Shown piece by piece: positions 29,516-40,677 of a stretch of 64,000 nucleotides of DNA. The notes beneath the pieces are model-generated. The model saw only the letters and a program-made list of their open reading frames with translations. It ran no database searches and had not been told where the DNA came from. The position numbers were made by a program, and so were the translations under genes. Within the stretch, counting starts at the first letter, position 1. The number at the start of each line of letters is the position of its first letter. The stretch covers positions 7,331 to 71,330 of the forward strand of contig CAWGRT010000007.1 of NCBI GenBank assembly GCA_963825035.1. The letters run 5' to 3'. Source of the DNA: Candidatus Krumholzibacteriia bacterium (GTDB lineage Bacteria; Krumholzibacteriota; Krumholzibacteriia; LZORAL124-64-63).

Positions 29516-30461
29516 CTACTCGGCGCCCATCGCCTCCAGCTTCAGCAGCTTCTCCCACTCGCTGTCGACGTACTGCTGCGAGGTCTCGAGCAGGTGCTCG
29601 TTGCCCGGCTTGAACAGGTGCTTGAACCGCCCCTGCTTCTTCATCCAGTCGGCGATCGGGGAACGCTCCTTGGGCTTGTGGTTGATGATGTACTTGCCGT
29701 TCTCCACCTCGAACAGCGGCCAGAAGTTGGACTCGACCGCCTCCTTGGCGATCTCCATGCCGATGGCCGTGTCGAAGTGCCAGCCCACGGTGCAGGGCAT
29801 CAGGATGTTGATGAACGCGGGACCGTCCGCCGGCCAGCGCCTTCTCCACCTTGGTGGCCAGGTCCTTCCAGTGGAAGGGCGTGGTCTGGGCCACGTAGGG
29901 GATGTTGTGGGCGACCATGATCTTGGTCAGGTCCTTGCGGTTCTGCTCCTTGCCCTGCTTCACGCTGCCGGCCGGGCGCGGTCGAGGTGTGGGCGCCCAT
30001 GGGCGTCGCGCTCGAACGCTGGATGCCGGTGTTCATGTACGCCTCGTTGTCGTAGCAGACGTACAGCATGTTGTGGCCGCGCTCCATGGCCCCGGACAGG
30101 GACTGCAGGCCGATGTCGTAGGTGCCGCCGTCGCCGCCGAAGGCGATGAAGTTCATCTTCTCGCGCTCGCACCGGCAGCTCGCCGTGCTTCTTCAGCGAG
30201 CGGTACGCCGTCTCGACGCCGCTGACGGTGGCGGCGCAGTTCTCGAAGGCGCTGTGGATGAACGAGGTCTTCCACGCGGTGTAGGGGAAGATGGTGGTGA
30301 CCACCTCCATGCAGCCGGTGGCGCCGCCGACGACCGTGTCCGGGCCGGCGGTCAGCATGATCTGGCGCAGGATGTTGGCCCCCGTGCAGCCCGCGCAGGC
30401 GCGATGGCCCCCGGCCAGGAGGTCTTCGCTCTGGGTCAACTGTCTTGAGATTGACAGCCAT
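29516..30461 (-). CDS. porB: 2-oxoacid (pyruvate-type):ferredoxin oxidoreductase, beta (TPP-binding) subunit, 4 frame breaks
   Basis: Pieces: MAVNLK / [57 protein letters not shown] / [52 protein letters not shown] / [28 protein letters not shown] / [25 protein letters not shown]. Frame breaks at ~30440, ~30170, ~29965 and ~29820. Confidence 0.9.
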
Positions 30462-30476
30462 GTCGTGCCTCCTTTC

Positions 30477-31652
30477 CTAGAGCCTGACGCCCAGCAGGTT
30501 GACGTCCTTGACCTTGCCGCCGGACGCGACCTTCTGCAGGTTGTCCAGCACCGCGGCCACCTGGCCGAGGTCGAAGTCGCGGCCGCCCAGGCCGTAGATG
30601 TAGCCGTGGACCGGCACCTTCTGGCCGTACATGGCGCTGCGCACCTCGGTGAACAACGGGCCGCCGAAGCCGCCGAAGCTGGCCGAACGGTCCAGCACGG
30701 CGACGGCCTTGCGGCCGGCCAGCACCTTGGCCACGTAGGCCGCCGGGAAGGGCCGGAACATGCGGATCTTCAGCAGGCCCGCCTTGACGCCCTTGGCGCG
30801 GTACTCGTCGATGATGTCCTTGGCCGTGCCGGCGCTGGAGCCCAGCATGACCATGACCAGCTCGGCGTCGTCCAGCAGGTACTCCTCGGCGAAGCCGTAG
30901 TTGCGGCCGGTGAGCTTGCCGAACTCCTCGCTGACCGCCTGCACGATGCCGGGCACCTTGTCGTAGGCCGCCAGCTGGCTGCTCTTGTGCTCGAAGTAGT
31001 AGTCGGTCAGGTCCAGCGGGCCGACGGTGATGGGGTTCTCCACGTCCAGCAGCGCGTACTTGTGCTTGTACGGGCCGATGAACTTCCAGGCCGCCTCGTC
31101 CGGCAGCATGTGCAGGGCGTCGGCGGTGTGGCTGATGATGAAGCCGTCGTAGTTGACCATCACCGGCAGGCGGACGTCCATGTGCTCGGCGATGCGCCAG
31201 GACATCAGGGCGTTGTCGTACGCCTCCTGGGCGTTCTCGCAGAACAGGTGGATCCAGCCGGCGTCGCGGCCGCCCATGCTGTCGCTGTGGTCGCAGTGGA
31301 TGTTGATGTTGCCGCTGAGCGCGCGGTTCACCAGGGCCATGCAGATGGGCAGGCGCAGCGAGGCCGCGATGTAGACGACCTCCCACATCAGCGCGAAGCC
31401 CGCGCTGCTGGTGGCGGTGAAGGTGCGCGCGCCGGCGGCGGCCGAGCCGACCGCCGCGCTCATGGCCGAGTGCTCGCTCTCGACCAGGATCATCTCCGTG
31501 GTCGACTCGCCGTTGGCCACGAACTCGGCGTACTTGTGCATCATCTCCGTCTGGGGCGTGATGGGGAAGGCACTGGCGACGTGGGGCCGGGCCTGCTTGA
31601 ACGCATAGGCCACGGCTTCGTTGCCGGACAGCGCCACGAGTTTCTGTTCCAT
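30477..31652 (-). CDS. porA: 2-oxoacid:ferredoxin oxidoreductase, alpha subunit
   Basis: Intact 391-aa ORF. LSGNEAVAYAFKQARPHVASAFPITPQTEMM, ESEHSAMSAAVGSAAAGARTFTATSSAGFALM. Confidence 0.9.
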   Translation of the reverse strand: MEQKLVALSGNEAVAYAFKQARPHVASAFPITPQTEMMHKYAEFVANGESTTEMILVESEHSAMSAAVGSAAAGARTFTATSSAGFALMWEVVYIAASLRLPICMALVNRALSGNINIHCDHSDSMGGRDAGWIHLFCENAQEAYDNALMSWRIAEHMDVRLPVMVNYDGFIISHTADALHMLPDEAAWKFIGPYKHKYALLDVENPITVGPLDLTDYYFEHKSSQLAAYDKVPGIVQAVSEEFGKLTGRNYGFAEEYLLDDAELVMVMLGSSAGTAKDIIDEYRAKGVKAGLLKIRMFRPFPAAYVAKVLAGRKAVAVLDRSASFGGFGGPLFTEVRSAMYGQKVPVHGYIYGLGGRDFDLGQVAAVLDNLQKVASGGKVKDVNLLGVRL

Positions 31653-31677
31653 GGTTCGCTCCTTTCCGGCTGTCGCC

Positions 31678-31980
31678 TTACTTCTCTTCCCGGATCATGA
31701 CCAGGGCGGCCTTGCCCTTCTTGACCGGGGGGCACTCGTGGGCGCAGATGCCGCAGCCCTTGCAGTGGTCCATGATGATGCCCTTCATCAGCGGCTTGGG
31801 GCCCGACGTGTCCACGTCGATGGCCGAGTCGGGGCAGTAGATCCAGCAGAACATGCAGTGGATGCAGTTCTCCTCGACGAACTGGGGAACGTAGGTGCGC
31901 CAGTCGCCCGTCTTGTAGGTCGACGAGTTGCCGGCCTCGCGGATGATGCCGCCCTCGTGCAGGTCGGAGGTCTTGATCAT
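31678..31980 (-). CDS. porD: 2-oxoacid:ferredoxin oxidoreductase, delta subunit (2x[4Fe-4S] ferredoxin)
   Basis: ATG 31980 overlaps the true porG stop (ATGA). MIKTSDLHEGG...CIHCMFCWIYCPD and CKGCGICAHECP form two CxxCxxCxxxCP clusters. Confidence 0.85.
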   Translation of the reverse strand: MIKTSDLHEGGIIREAGNSSTYKTGDWRTYVPQFVEENCIHCMFCWIYCPDSAIDVDTSGPKPLMKGIIMDHCKGCGICAHECPPVKKGKAALVMIREEK

Positions 31981-32559
31981 GCGGACACCAGCTCCTTGTT
32001 GGCGCGCTCGACGGCGGCCAGGTTCCCGTCGATGACGGCCCGCGAGAACTTGCTGCGACAGCTGCGTCACCAGGGCGTCCTTCAGTTCCTCGACGGTCAT
32101 CACGTCGCGGACGGCCAGCAGGGCGCCGATCATCGGCATGTTGGGGATGGGCCGGCCGATGGTGTCCAGCGCGATGCCCGTGGCGTCGACCGTGTGCACC
32201 ACGGCTCCCTTGACCCCCAGCCGCTTGCGGACCGTCGCCAGGTCGTCCGTGGTGTTGATCAGGAAGACCGTATCCTTGTCCGTGCCCGCGGTCACGCCCG
32301 CGGCGGGGCTGTCCAGCAGGGTCGGGTCGAGCACGATGACGATGCCGGGGTTCTCGATCATGCAGTGCCGGCGGATCGGCGCGTCGGCGATCCGGGTGTA
32401 GCCGCGCATGGGCGCGCCGCGCCGCTCGGGGCCGTACTCGGGGAAACCCTGTCCGTACTTGCCCTTCTCCAGGACAGCCTCGGCCAGGAACATGGCGGCC
32501 GTCTTGGCGCCCTGCCCACCCCGCGCATGCCAGCGGACTTCAACCATCTGACCTGCCAT
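31977..32559 (-). CDS. porG: 2-oxoacid:ferredoxin oxidoreductase, gamma subunit, one frame break
   Basis: VEVRWHARGGQGAKTAAMFLAEA...GIVIVLDPTLL...IGRPIPNMPMIGALLAV. After the break (~32060) the corrected frame reads SKFSRAVIDGNLAAVERANKELVSA, then TGA. As written, the frame runs on into porD, giving the apparent 293-aa fusion ORF 31678..32559. Confidence 0.85.
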
Positions 32560-32647
32560 GGGATCAACTCCTTTGGTGGAATTCCAGCCTGCCGGGGGTT
32601 AGGATGCAGATCCTCCCGGCGGGTCCAAAGTAGTGCGGCTGCCCAGC

Positions 32648-32720
32648 GGGAAACAAGGGAAACAAGGGCTTACGATGATTGTGAAACCCATTATCACGAC
32701 AACGGGTTACACGATTGTGA
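32648..32720. promoter_or_regulatory. Repeat-rich AT-rich divergent control region between porG and aroB
   Basis: Tandem GGGAAACAA x2 (32648-32665). GATTGTGA direct repeat (32677-32684 and 32713-32720). Imperfect inverted repeat GTGAAACCC (32681-32689) / GGGTTACAC (32704-32712). T7 run at 32725-32731. Flanked by the porG RBS AAAGGAG and the aroB RBS GGAGAGG. Confidence 0.4.
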
Positions 32721-32783
32721 TTGTCTTTTTTTCGGGCCGCGAAACTGCTTGCAAAACAAGGCAGGAGAGGACCCGACCGGACC

Positions 32784-33912
32784 ATGAGCGACCGTCCCAC
32801 CGAGATCGAGATGAACCTGGACGGCCGGCCCAGCCGCTTCGTCCTGGGCCCCCTCGCGGGGCTGGAGCTGCCCCGCTACGTGCCGGCGCCGCCGCCGGTG
32901 TACCTGGTGGACCGCCGGGTGGCCGAACTGCACGCGGAGTGGCTGGGCGGGATCCAGGCCGGCTGCCCCCGCGATCCCGAGCGCACCCTGGTGATCGAGG
33001 GCGGCGAGGGCGCCAAGACCCCGGCCCGGCTGCACGAGGTCTGGCAGTGGCTGGCGGCTGCCGGCTGGCCCGCGACGGCACCGTCGTGGGCGTGGGCGGC
33101 GGCGCGGTGCTGGACCTGGCGGGCTTCGCCGCGGCCACCTGGAAGCGGGGCGTGGGCTTCGTGGCCATCCCCACCACCCTGCTGGCCATGGTGGACGCGG
33201 CCATCGGCGGCAAGACCGCCGTCAACGCCGGCGGCCTGAAGAACCCCGTGGGCTGCTTCCACCCGGCGACGGCCATCCTGGCCGACCGCTGCTTCCTGGC
33301 CACCCTGACCCGGCGTTGGTGGCGCGACGGCATGGCCGAGCTGATCAAGACCGCCGTCATCGGCGAACCCCGCCTCTGGGCCGACCTCTGGGGCCGCCGC
33401 GAGGACGCTGGCGCGCCCTGCTGGCCAAGGGCGACCCGGACGCGGCGATTCCCGGCGTGCTGGGCGCCCTGCCCTGGCGCGACTGGGTGGGCCGCGCCGC
33501 GCGGGTCAAGGCCGACGTCGTCGTCCGGGACTTCCGCGAGAGCGGCCCGCGCCGCGCCCTGAATCTGGGCCACACCCTGGGCCACGCCCTGGAGGCCTGG
33601 TCGGCCCGCGACGAGCGGCCCCTGGGCCACGGCGAGGCCGTGAGCATCGGCATGGCCGTGGTATTCCGGGTGGCGGCCGAGCGGGGACGCTGCCCCCTGA
33701 CCCTGGCCCTGCAGGTGATCGAACTGCTGGGCCGCTGCGGGCTGCCGACGCGCCGGCCGGCGCCCCCGCGCGCCGAGCTGGAGCGGCTGCTGGCCGGGGA
33801 CAAGAAGCACTCGGGCCGGTCGGGTCTGCGCTGGGTCCTGCCCCAGGGGATCGGCACGCTGGACCTGGACGCGCGCATCGGGACGGACGAGCTGCTGCGC
33901 TGGCTGGATTGA
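32784..33912 (+). CDS. aroB: 3-dehydroquinate synthase, 2 frame breaks
   Basis: VIEGGEGAKTPARLHEVWQWLAAAG / RDGTVVGVGGGAVLDLAGFAAATWKRGVGFVAIPTTLLAMVDAAIGGKTAVN..KNPVGCFHPA / VKADVVVRDFRESGPRRALNLGHTLGHALE..LGHGEAVSIGM. Frame breaks at ~33063 and ~33417. Confidence 0.9.
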
Positions 33913-34007
33913 AAAAGTCCCGACGATCGGGTATGCTCTTGGTCGATCGCAAGCCAGGAGCGATACCGTCGTCCGTCATCGTTTTCCGCAGCTCCGGAGG
34001 GGAATCC

Positions 34008-34629
34008 ATGCATCGTTGCGTCACGCCTGTCTTGTCCGCCCTGCTCTGCCTGCTCGTGCTCGCGCCCGCGGCGTCGGCCCAGCTCGCCCCGTACTGGCTG
34101 CCCGACCCCTCGTGCTCCCAGACGATCCAGCCGCCCGGGGGCACCGTTCACGACCAACGGATCCGGACCACCCGGCTGCCGTTGATCATGCGCTCCACCG
34201 GCGAGAACCCCGACTGGTGGGACGAGAGTTACGTCCTGGACCCGGACGGAGACCTGTGCTTGCGCCAGGTCGCCACATACGACCCGGCCGCGTCCCTGGA
34301 CGTCGAGTGGTCGGACTACGACCCGCCCCTGAAGACCCTCGACTACCCTCTGACCACGGGCAAGTCGTGGGCCGCATCTGCGACGGTGTCCACGACGGGG
34401 GCGGCCTGCCGCGGCCCACGATCTGACCGGGACCGTGGTCGGCCCCCGCACCGTGGACACGGTGCTGGGTCCCCTGCCGGTGATCGAGGTCGTGCTCGAC
34501 ACCACCTACCGCGGGACAACTACGTCGGTCACCTACCTTCTGCACGAGCAGCTGGGCGACGTGACGGGCCTGGTCGCGGTGTCCGGGTGCGGGGTGGTGC
34601 CGACGACGACGCTTCCTGGAGCAGCCTGA
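34008..34629 (+). CDS. Hypothetical secreted protein, one frame break
   Basis: ATG 34008 preceded by GGAGGGG. Signal peptide MHRCVTPVLSALLCLLVLAPAASAQ. No recognisable domain. Break at ~34405 joins to DLTGTVVGPRTVDTVLGPLPVIEVVLDTTYRG... Confidence 0.4.
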
Positions 34630-34666
34630 AAGCCGACTACCGCTGATCGGGAACCGCAGGATCACG

Positions 34667-34694
34667 AGGGGCGCCCCCGCCGGAGCGCCCCTCC
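34667..34694. terminator. Stem-loop between convergent genes
   Basis: GAGGGGCGC / GCGCCCCTC, a 9-bp stem with a 10-nt loop, between the stop at 34629 (+) and the stop at 34726 (-). No U-tract. Confidence 0.3.
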
Positions 34695-34725
34695 GTCGTC
34701 AGGCGGTCGCCGTCGTCGTTCGGCG

Positions 34726-37700
34726 CTACTTGGCCAGCACCATCTTCGCCGCCGTCACGTCGCTCCCCGCGCGCACCCGCACGAAGTAGACGCCCGCCGC
34801 CGCCGCCTGGCCGGCGCCGTCTCGCGGCCGTCCCAGGCGGTGCGGTGGTCGCCGGCGGTGAGCGCCTCGTCCACCAGCGCCGCGCACCCGGCGGCCGCGC
34901 AGGTCGAAGACCGCCACCTGGACGCGGACCGCTGCCGGGCACGGCGAAGTTGACCGTCGTGCGCGGGTTGAAGGGGTTGGGCACGATGCCCGTCACCGCC
35001 AGCACCCGGGCAGGTCCGGGTCGCTCGACCGCCGACAGCCCGCCGCCGGTGAGCACCGGCGCGGAGTAGCCGCCCTGGCGCAGGTCGGCGCACACGGCGG
35101 CCACCAGGTAGTAGCTGCCCGGCCAGGGCGGCGTGTCGTCGAGGGACGTGCCCTCGGCCACGAGGTCCACCAGGTTGGCCGGCGAGGGCGGAACACCGCC
35201 GCGGTGTCGCGGTACGACGGCGTAGGCGGCCACCTGGGGATCGGCCGAGGCCGCCCAGGCGATGCGCCAGACGCCGCCGCCCAGATCGGTGGCCGCCACG
35301 CCCGTCACCGGCGGGGGCGCCGTGAACTCGGCCCCGGGGCCGCCGCAGAGACCGATGTCGCCGCGCGAACCGTCGGGATCGCTGCAACCCGCAGCCGGGT
35401 CGCCGGCGTCGATGCACACCGAGCCCTGCAGCAGGGACGGATCGGCGTCGCTCAGCAGGCGCGGGTCGCCGCTGACGTCGTGGGCGCCGGGGCTGACCGA
35501 CAGGTAATCGCCGCCGGTGTTGCCGTGGATGTCGTTGTAGTCCGCGGCCACGCCGGCGCCGCCGCCCAGCAGGCCGCCGCCGCCGACGTTGAAGGCCACC
35601 ACGGTGCCGCGCAGGGTCAGCGGATCGGTGGCGAAGGCCAGCAGGCCGCCGCCGTGGCCGCGCTGTTGCCGTCGACGAGGCAGTTCTCCACCAGGCCCGA
35701 GACGGCGAAGCCGCTCATGCCGCCGCCCATGTTGACGGCGCGGTTGTCCTGCAGGCGCAGGTTGCGCAGGGCCAGGACCGTGCCGTTGGCCTCGATGCCG
35801 CCGCCGTTGCCGCCGCCGACGGTGTTGGCCGCCAGTTCGCCGCCCCCGGCGGTGAACGAGCCGCCGCTCAGATACAGGCCCCCGCCGCCGCTCAGGGCGC
35901 GGTTGCCCCGCACCGTGGCCCCGGCCAGGGTCAGGTCCGCGGCCACGGCCGCCACCGCCCCGCCGTGCCCGGCGCTGCCGTTGCCGCCACCAGACCGCCG
36001 TCCAGCAGCAGGGCCGCGTTCTCCACGCACAGGGCGGCGCCCAGGTAGGATTCGGCGCTGTCGGTGCAGGCGTTGCCGGTGAAGGTGCAGTTGCGCACCG
36101 TCGCCGCCGCGCCGTCGTACACGGCCACCGCGCCGCCGCGGCTGGCCAGGTTGCCGGTGAAGGTGCAGTCCTCCAGCACGGGGCTGCCGCCCACCAGGCA
36201 GACGGCGCCGCCGTAGCCCGGGGACGGACCCGCCGCGGCCCGGTTGTCCTCGAACACGCAATCCTGCAGCAGCGGCGAGGCCCCACGCTGTAGACGGCAC
36301 CGCCGTGCTGGCCGCCCACGGGCTGGCTGAAGGTGGCGCCCACGCAGTCGTGGAAGACGAACCCCTCGGCGCCGCAGAAATCGCCGGCCGAGCTGGTGAA
36401 CCGCAGGGCGGTCCCGCCCGACTGGACCCGGGTCGGATACTGGAGGGGGTCGCGAACCGTGAAGGCGTCGTTCCAGCCGCCGATCAGGTGCACCGGCCCC
36501 GAGACGGTGGCCGAACCCAGGTAGTCGTCGCCCCGCACCATCACCGTGTCGATGCCCGTGCAGGCGGCCATGGCCGCCCCGATGGTGTGGGCCGCGGTCG
36601 CCGGCGTCTCGTAGGGCGCGGTCCCGCTGCCCAGGGTCGAGACGTAGCGCACCTTGTGGCCGATGATGTCCAGGGTCGGCGGCGTCATGCCCCAGCCCAG
36701 ATCGGTGCCGCCGCCGGCGCAGATCATCACGCTGGCGTACTTGGTGCCCAGGTTGGGCACGGTCCACTCGTAGCTGCCGGTGTTGGGCACGCCCGTGGCC
36801 ACGGGCACGTCGTGGCAGTCGCCGTCGATGCCCAGCCAGATGTCCACCGTCGGCACCGCGTCGCCGGAGGTGGTCCAGGTCAGGTCGATGGTCTGGTCGC
36901 CGTACAGGGGCTCGCTGCCCAGGGCCGGCGAGAGGGTGATGCTGCTGGGCGGGGGCGTGTAACGCAGCTGGGTGACCGAGGTGCCCGTCAGGCCCGCCCC
37001 GTACTTGACCCAGATGTAGCCGTTCTCGCCGAAGCTGGGGCCCCAGCTGTTCTTGATGAGCCAGGCGCCGGCGCCGCCGCAGGCGCGGTCGTCGTAGCCG
37101 ACGATCAGCACCAGGTGGTTGACCTGCTGCCCGGGCACGTCGTAGCAGCCGCCGCCGTAGGCCTCGAACTCGGGACTGGCGTCGATGCCCGTGCACACCG
37201 GGCCGTTCTGCAGGGCCGCCTTGATCTGGTCCACGTTGTTGGCGATGTAGTCGTAGCCCGTGACCCAGGCGTACTTCTGGAAGTCGTCCTGGAGGCAGGG
37301 CGCGGCCGGCGGGTCGGCCAGCAGGTACGGATGGCAGTTCTCCATCACCGCGCCCGTGTGCTGGAAGACGTAGTAGGCCGCCGTGGCCCAGCCGCCGTCG
37401 CAACCGGCGCCGTAGGGGTTGCAGGAGATGGTCTGCTGCTCCGAGAGATTGGTCTCGATCCCGTAGTAGATCTTCACGAAGGCCTCGAGTTCGGCCGTGG
37501 CCGCGAAGGCCCAGCACGAGCCGCAGGAGCCCTGGTCCTTGACCGGGGTGATGCCGTCCACGTTCCGCCAGTCCAGGCTCGAGGGCAGGTCCGCCTTGTC
37601 CACCGGGTAGATCCGCAGGTGCCGCTGCAGCTCCTTCGCGTAGCCCGGCGGCGCCACGTAGCCGCGCAGCGTCGCGCGGTGCTCGGGCGTCAGGGTCGCG

Positions 37701-37887
37701 GTGAAATCGGTCCTTGACCTCGAAGCTCCAGCCGTGGGCGGCGATCTCCCGGCTGATGGCCTCCAGGTCGGGCGCGTCCTGGGCCGCAGCGGGCGCCGCC
37801 GCCGCGAGCACGGACACGACGACGAGGAACCACGAGGAAACGACGCGCAGCGCGAGCCGGGAACGGAGCGGCGCAGACAGACCTCAT
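34726..37887 (-). CDS. Secreted papain-family (C1) cysteine protease fused to right-handed beta-helix repeats, FN3-like module and FlgD/T9SS-like C-terminal domain; many (>=8) frame breaks
   Basis: ATG 37887, with signal-like ..VVVSVLAAAAPAAAQ. LPSSLDWRNVDGITPVKDQGSCGSCWAFAATAELE (catalytic Cys), VNHLVLIVGYDD (His), WLIKNSWGPSFGENGYIWV (Asn/Trp). Beta-helix repeats: GGAVCLVGGSPVLEDCTFTGNLASRGGAVAVYDGAAATVRNCTFTGN, GGGLYLSGGSFT... C-terminus: IVPNPFNPRTTVNFAV...VAVFDLRGRRV...AAAGVYFVRVRAGSDVTAAKMVLAK. Confidence 0.75.
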
Positions 37888-37954
37888 GTGGATACCTTTC
37901 CGGATGCAACGCGGCGACCGCCATTCGGCCACCCGGGGACGGGCGGACGCCAGG

Positions 37955-37983
37955 ATTGTACCAAAACAATATCCGCAAACCAA
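37955..37983 (-). promoter_or_regulatory. Candidate sigma70-type promoter for the protease gene
   Basis: Minus strand TTGGTT (37983-37978), 17-nt spacer, TACAAT (37960-37955), in an AT-rich patch about 68 nt upstream of ATG 37887. RBS GGAAAGG. Confidence 0.35.
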
Positions 37984-38028
37984 ATTGTTAAAGATCGTCC
38001 GCAGTGCGCATCGGGGCACGGTTCCGGA

Positions 38029-40069
<2,041 letters not shown>

Positions 40070-40213
40070 CGGCAGGGCGACTTCGCAGGAGCTGGGCGGG
40101 CACGGGACTTCCGGGGGGTTCGGGCCACGGACGCGGGGAACCGGCGGGTCGCCGGCTCCCGGACTGGCCCATGGTAGCGCGCGGCGCCGGAGGCGTCCAC
40201 CGGCGGCGCCGGC

Positions 40214-40588
40214 CTAGGCGTTCGGGGAGCCCAGCAGGTCCTGCACGGCGGCGACGAGCTTGCCGGGGCTGAAGGGCTTGGTGACGTAGGCGTCGGCGCC
40301 GGCGTCCTCGCCGGTCCGGCGATCGTCGCGGCCGGTGCGGGCCGTCAGCAGGATCACGGGGATGCGCGCCGTGCGCCGGTCGGCCTTGAGGCGGCGGCAG
40401 GTCTCGAAGCCGTTGGTGCCGGGCATCATCACGTCGAGGATGACCAGGTCCGGCTGCTCGCCCAGGGCCAGGGTGAAGGCATCGTCGCCGTTGCGGGCGG
40501 CCACCACGTCGAAGCCCTCGGCGTGCAGGGTGAAGTCCAGGATGTTGCGGATGTTGGTCTCGTCGTCGGCGATCAGAACCTTGCGCAC
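40214..40588 (-). CDS. Single-domain response regulator (REC only)
   Basis: GTG 40588 preceded by GGGAGG (7-nt spacer). VRKVLIADDETNIRNILDFTLHAEGF...DLVILDVMMPGTNGFE...ADAYVTKPFSP. These are the last 124 codons of ORF 40214..43381. Confidence 0.8.
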   Translation of the reverse strand: MRKVLIADDETNIRNILDFTLHAEGFDVVAARNGDDAFTLALGEQPDLVILDVMMPGTNGFETCRRLKADRRTARIPVILLTARTGRDDRRTGEDAGADAYVTKPFSPGKLVAAVQDLLGSPNA

Positions 40589-40677
40589 GTCGGGGCCTCC
40601 CGAGTTGGTGACGGGGTCGGTGACCCCGGGAATATCGGCACGCGCGGCGGCGGGCTTGACCCCGGCCGCCGCCCCGG

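Noticed and set aside
31678-32559. 293-aa ORF that looks like a fused gamma-delta subunit of the oxidoreductase
   Set aside because: Shifting one base at ~32060 restores the canonical gamma C-terminus (SKFSRAVIDGNLAAVERANKELVSA) ending in a TGA that overlaps the delta ATG. The apparent fusion is a frame-break artefact.
32677-32700. Crp/Fnr- or Rex-type operator (TTGTGAAACCCATTATCACGA)
   Set aside because: The half-site spacing (TGTGA-N9-TCAC) and the second half-site do not match TGTGA-N6-TCACA or TTGTGAA-N4-TTCACAA. It is kept only as an unclassified repeat element in the regulatory-region finding.
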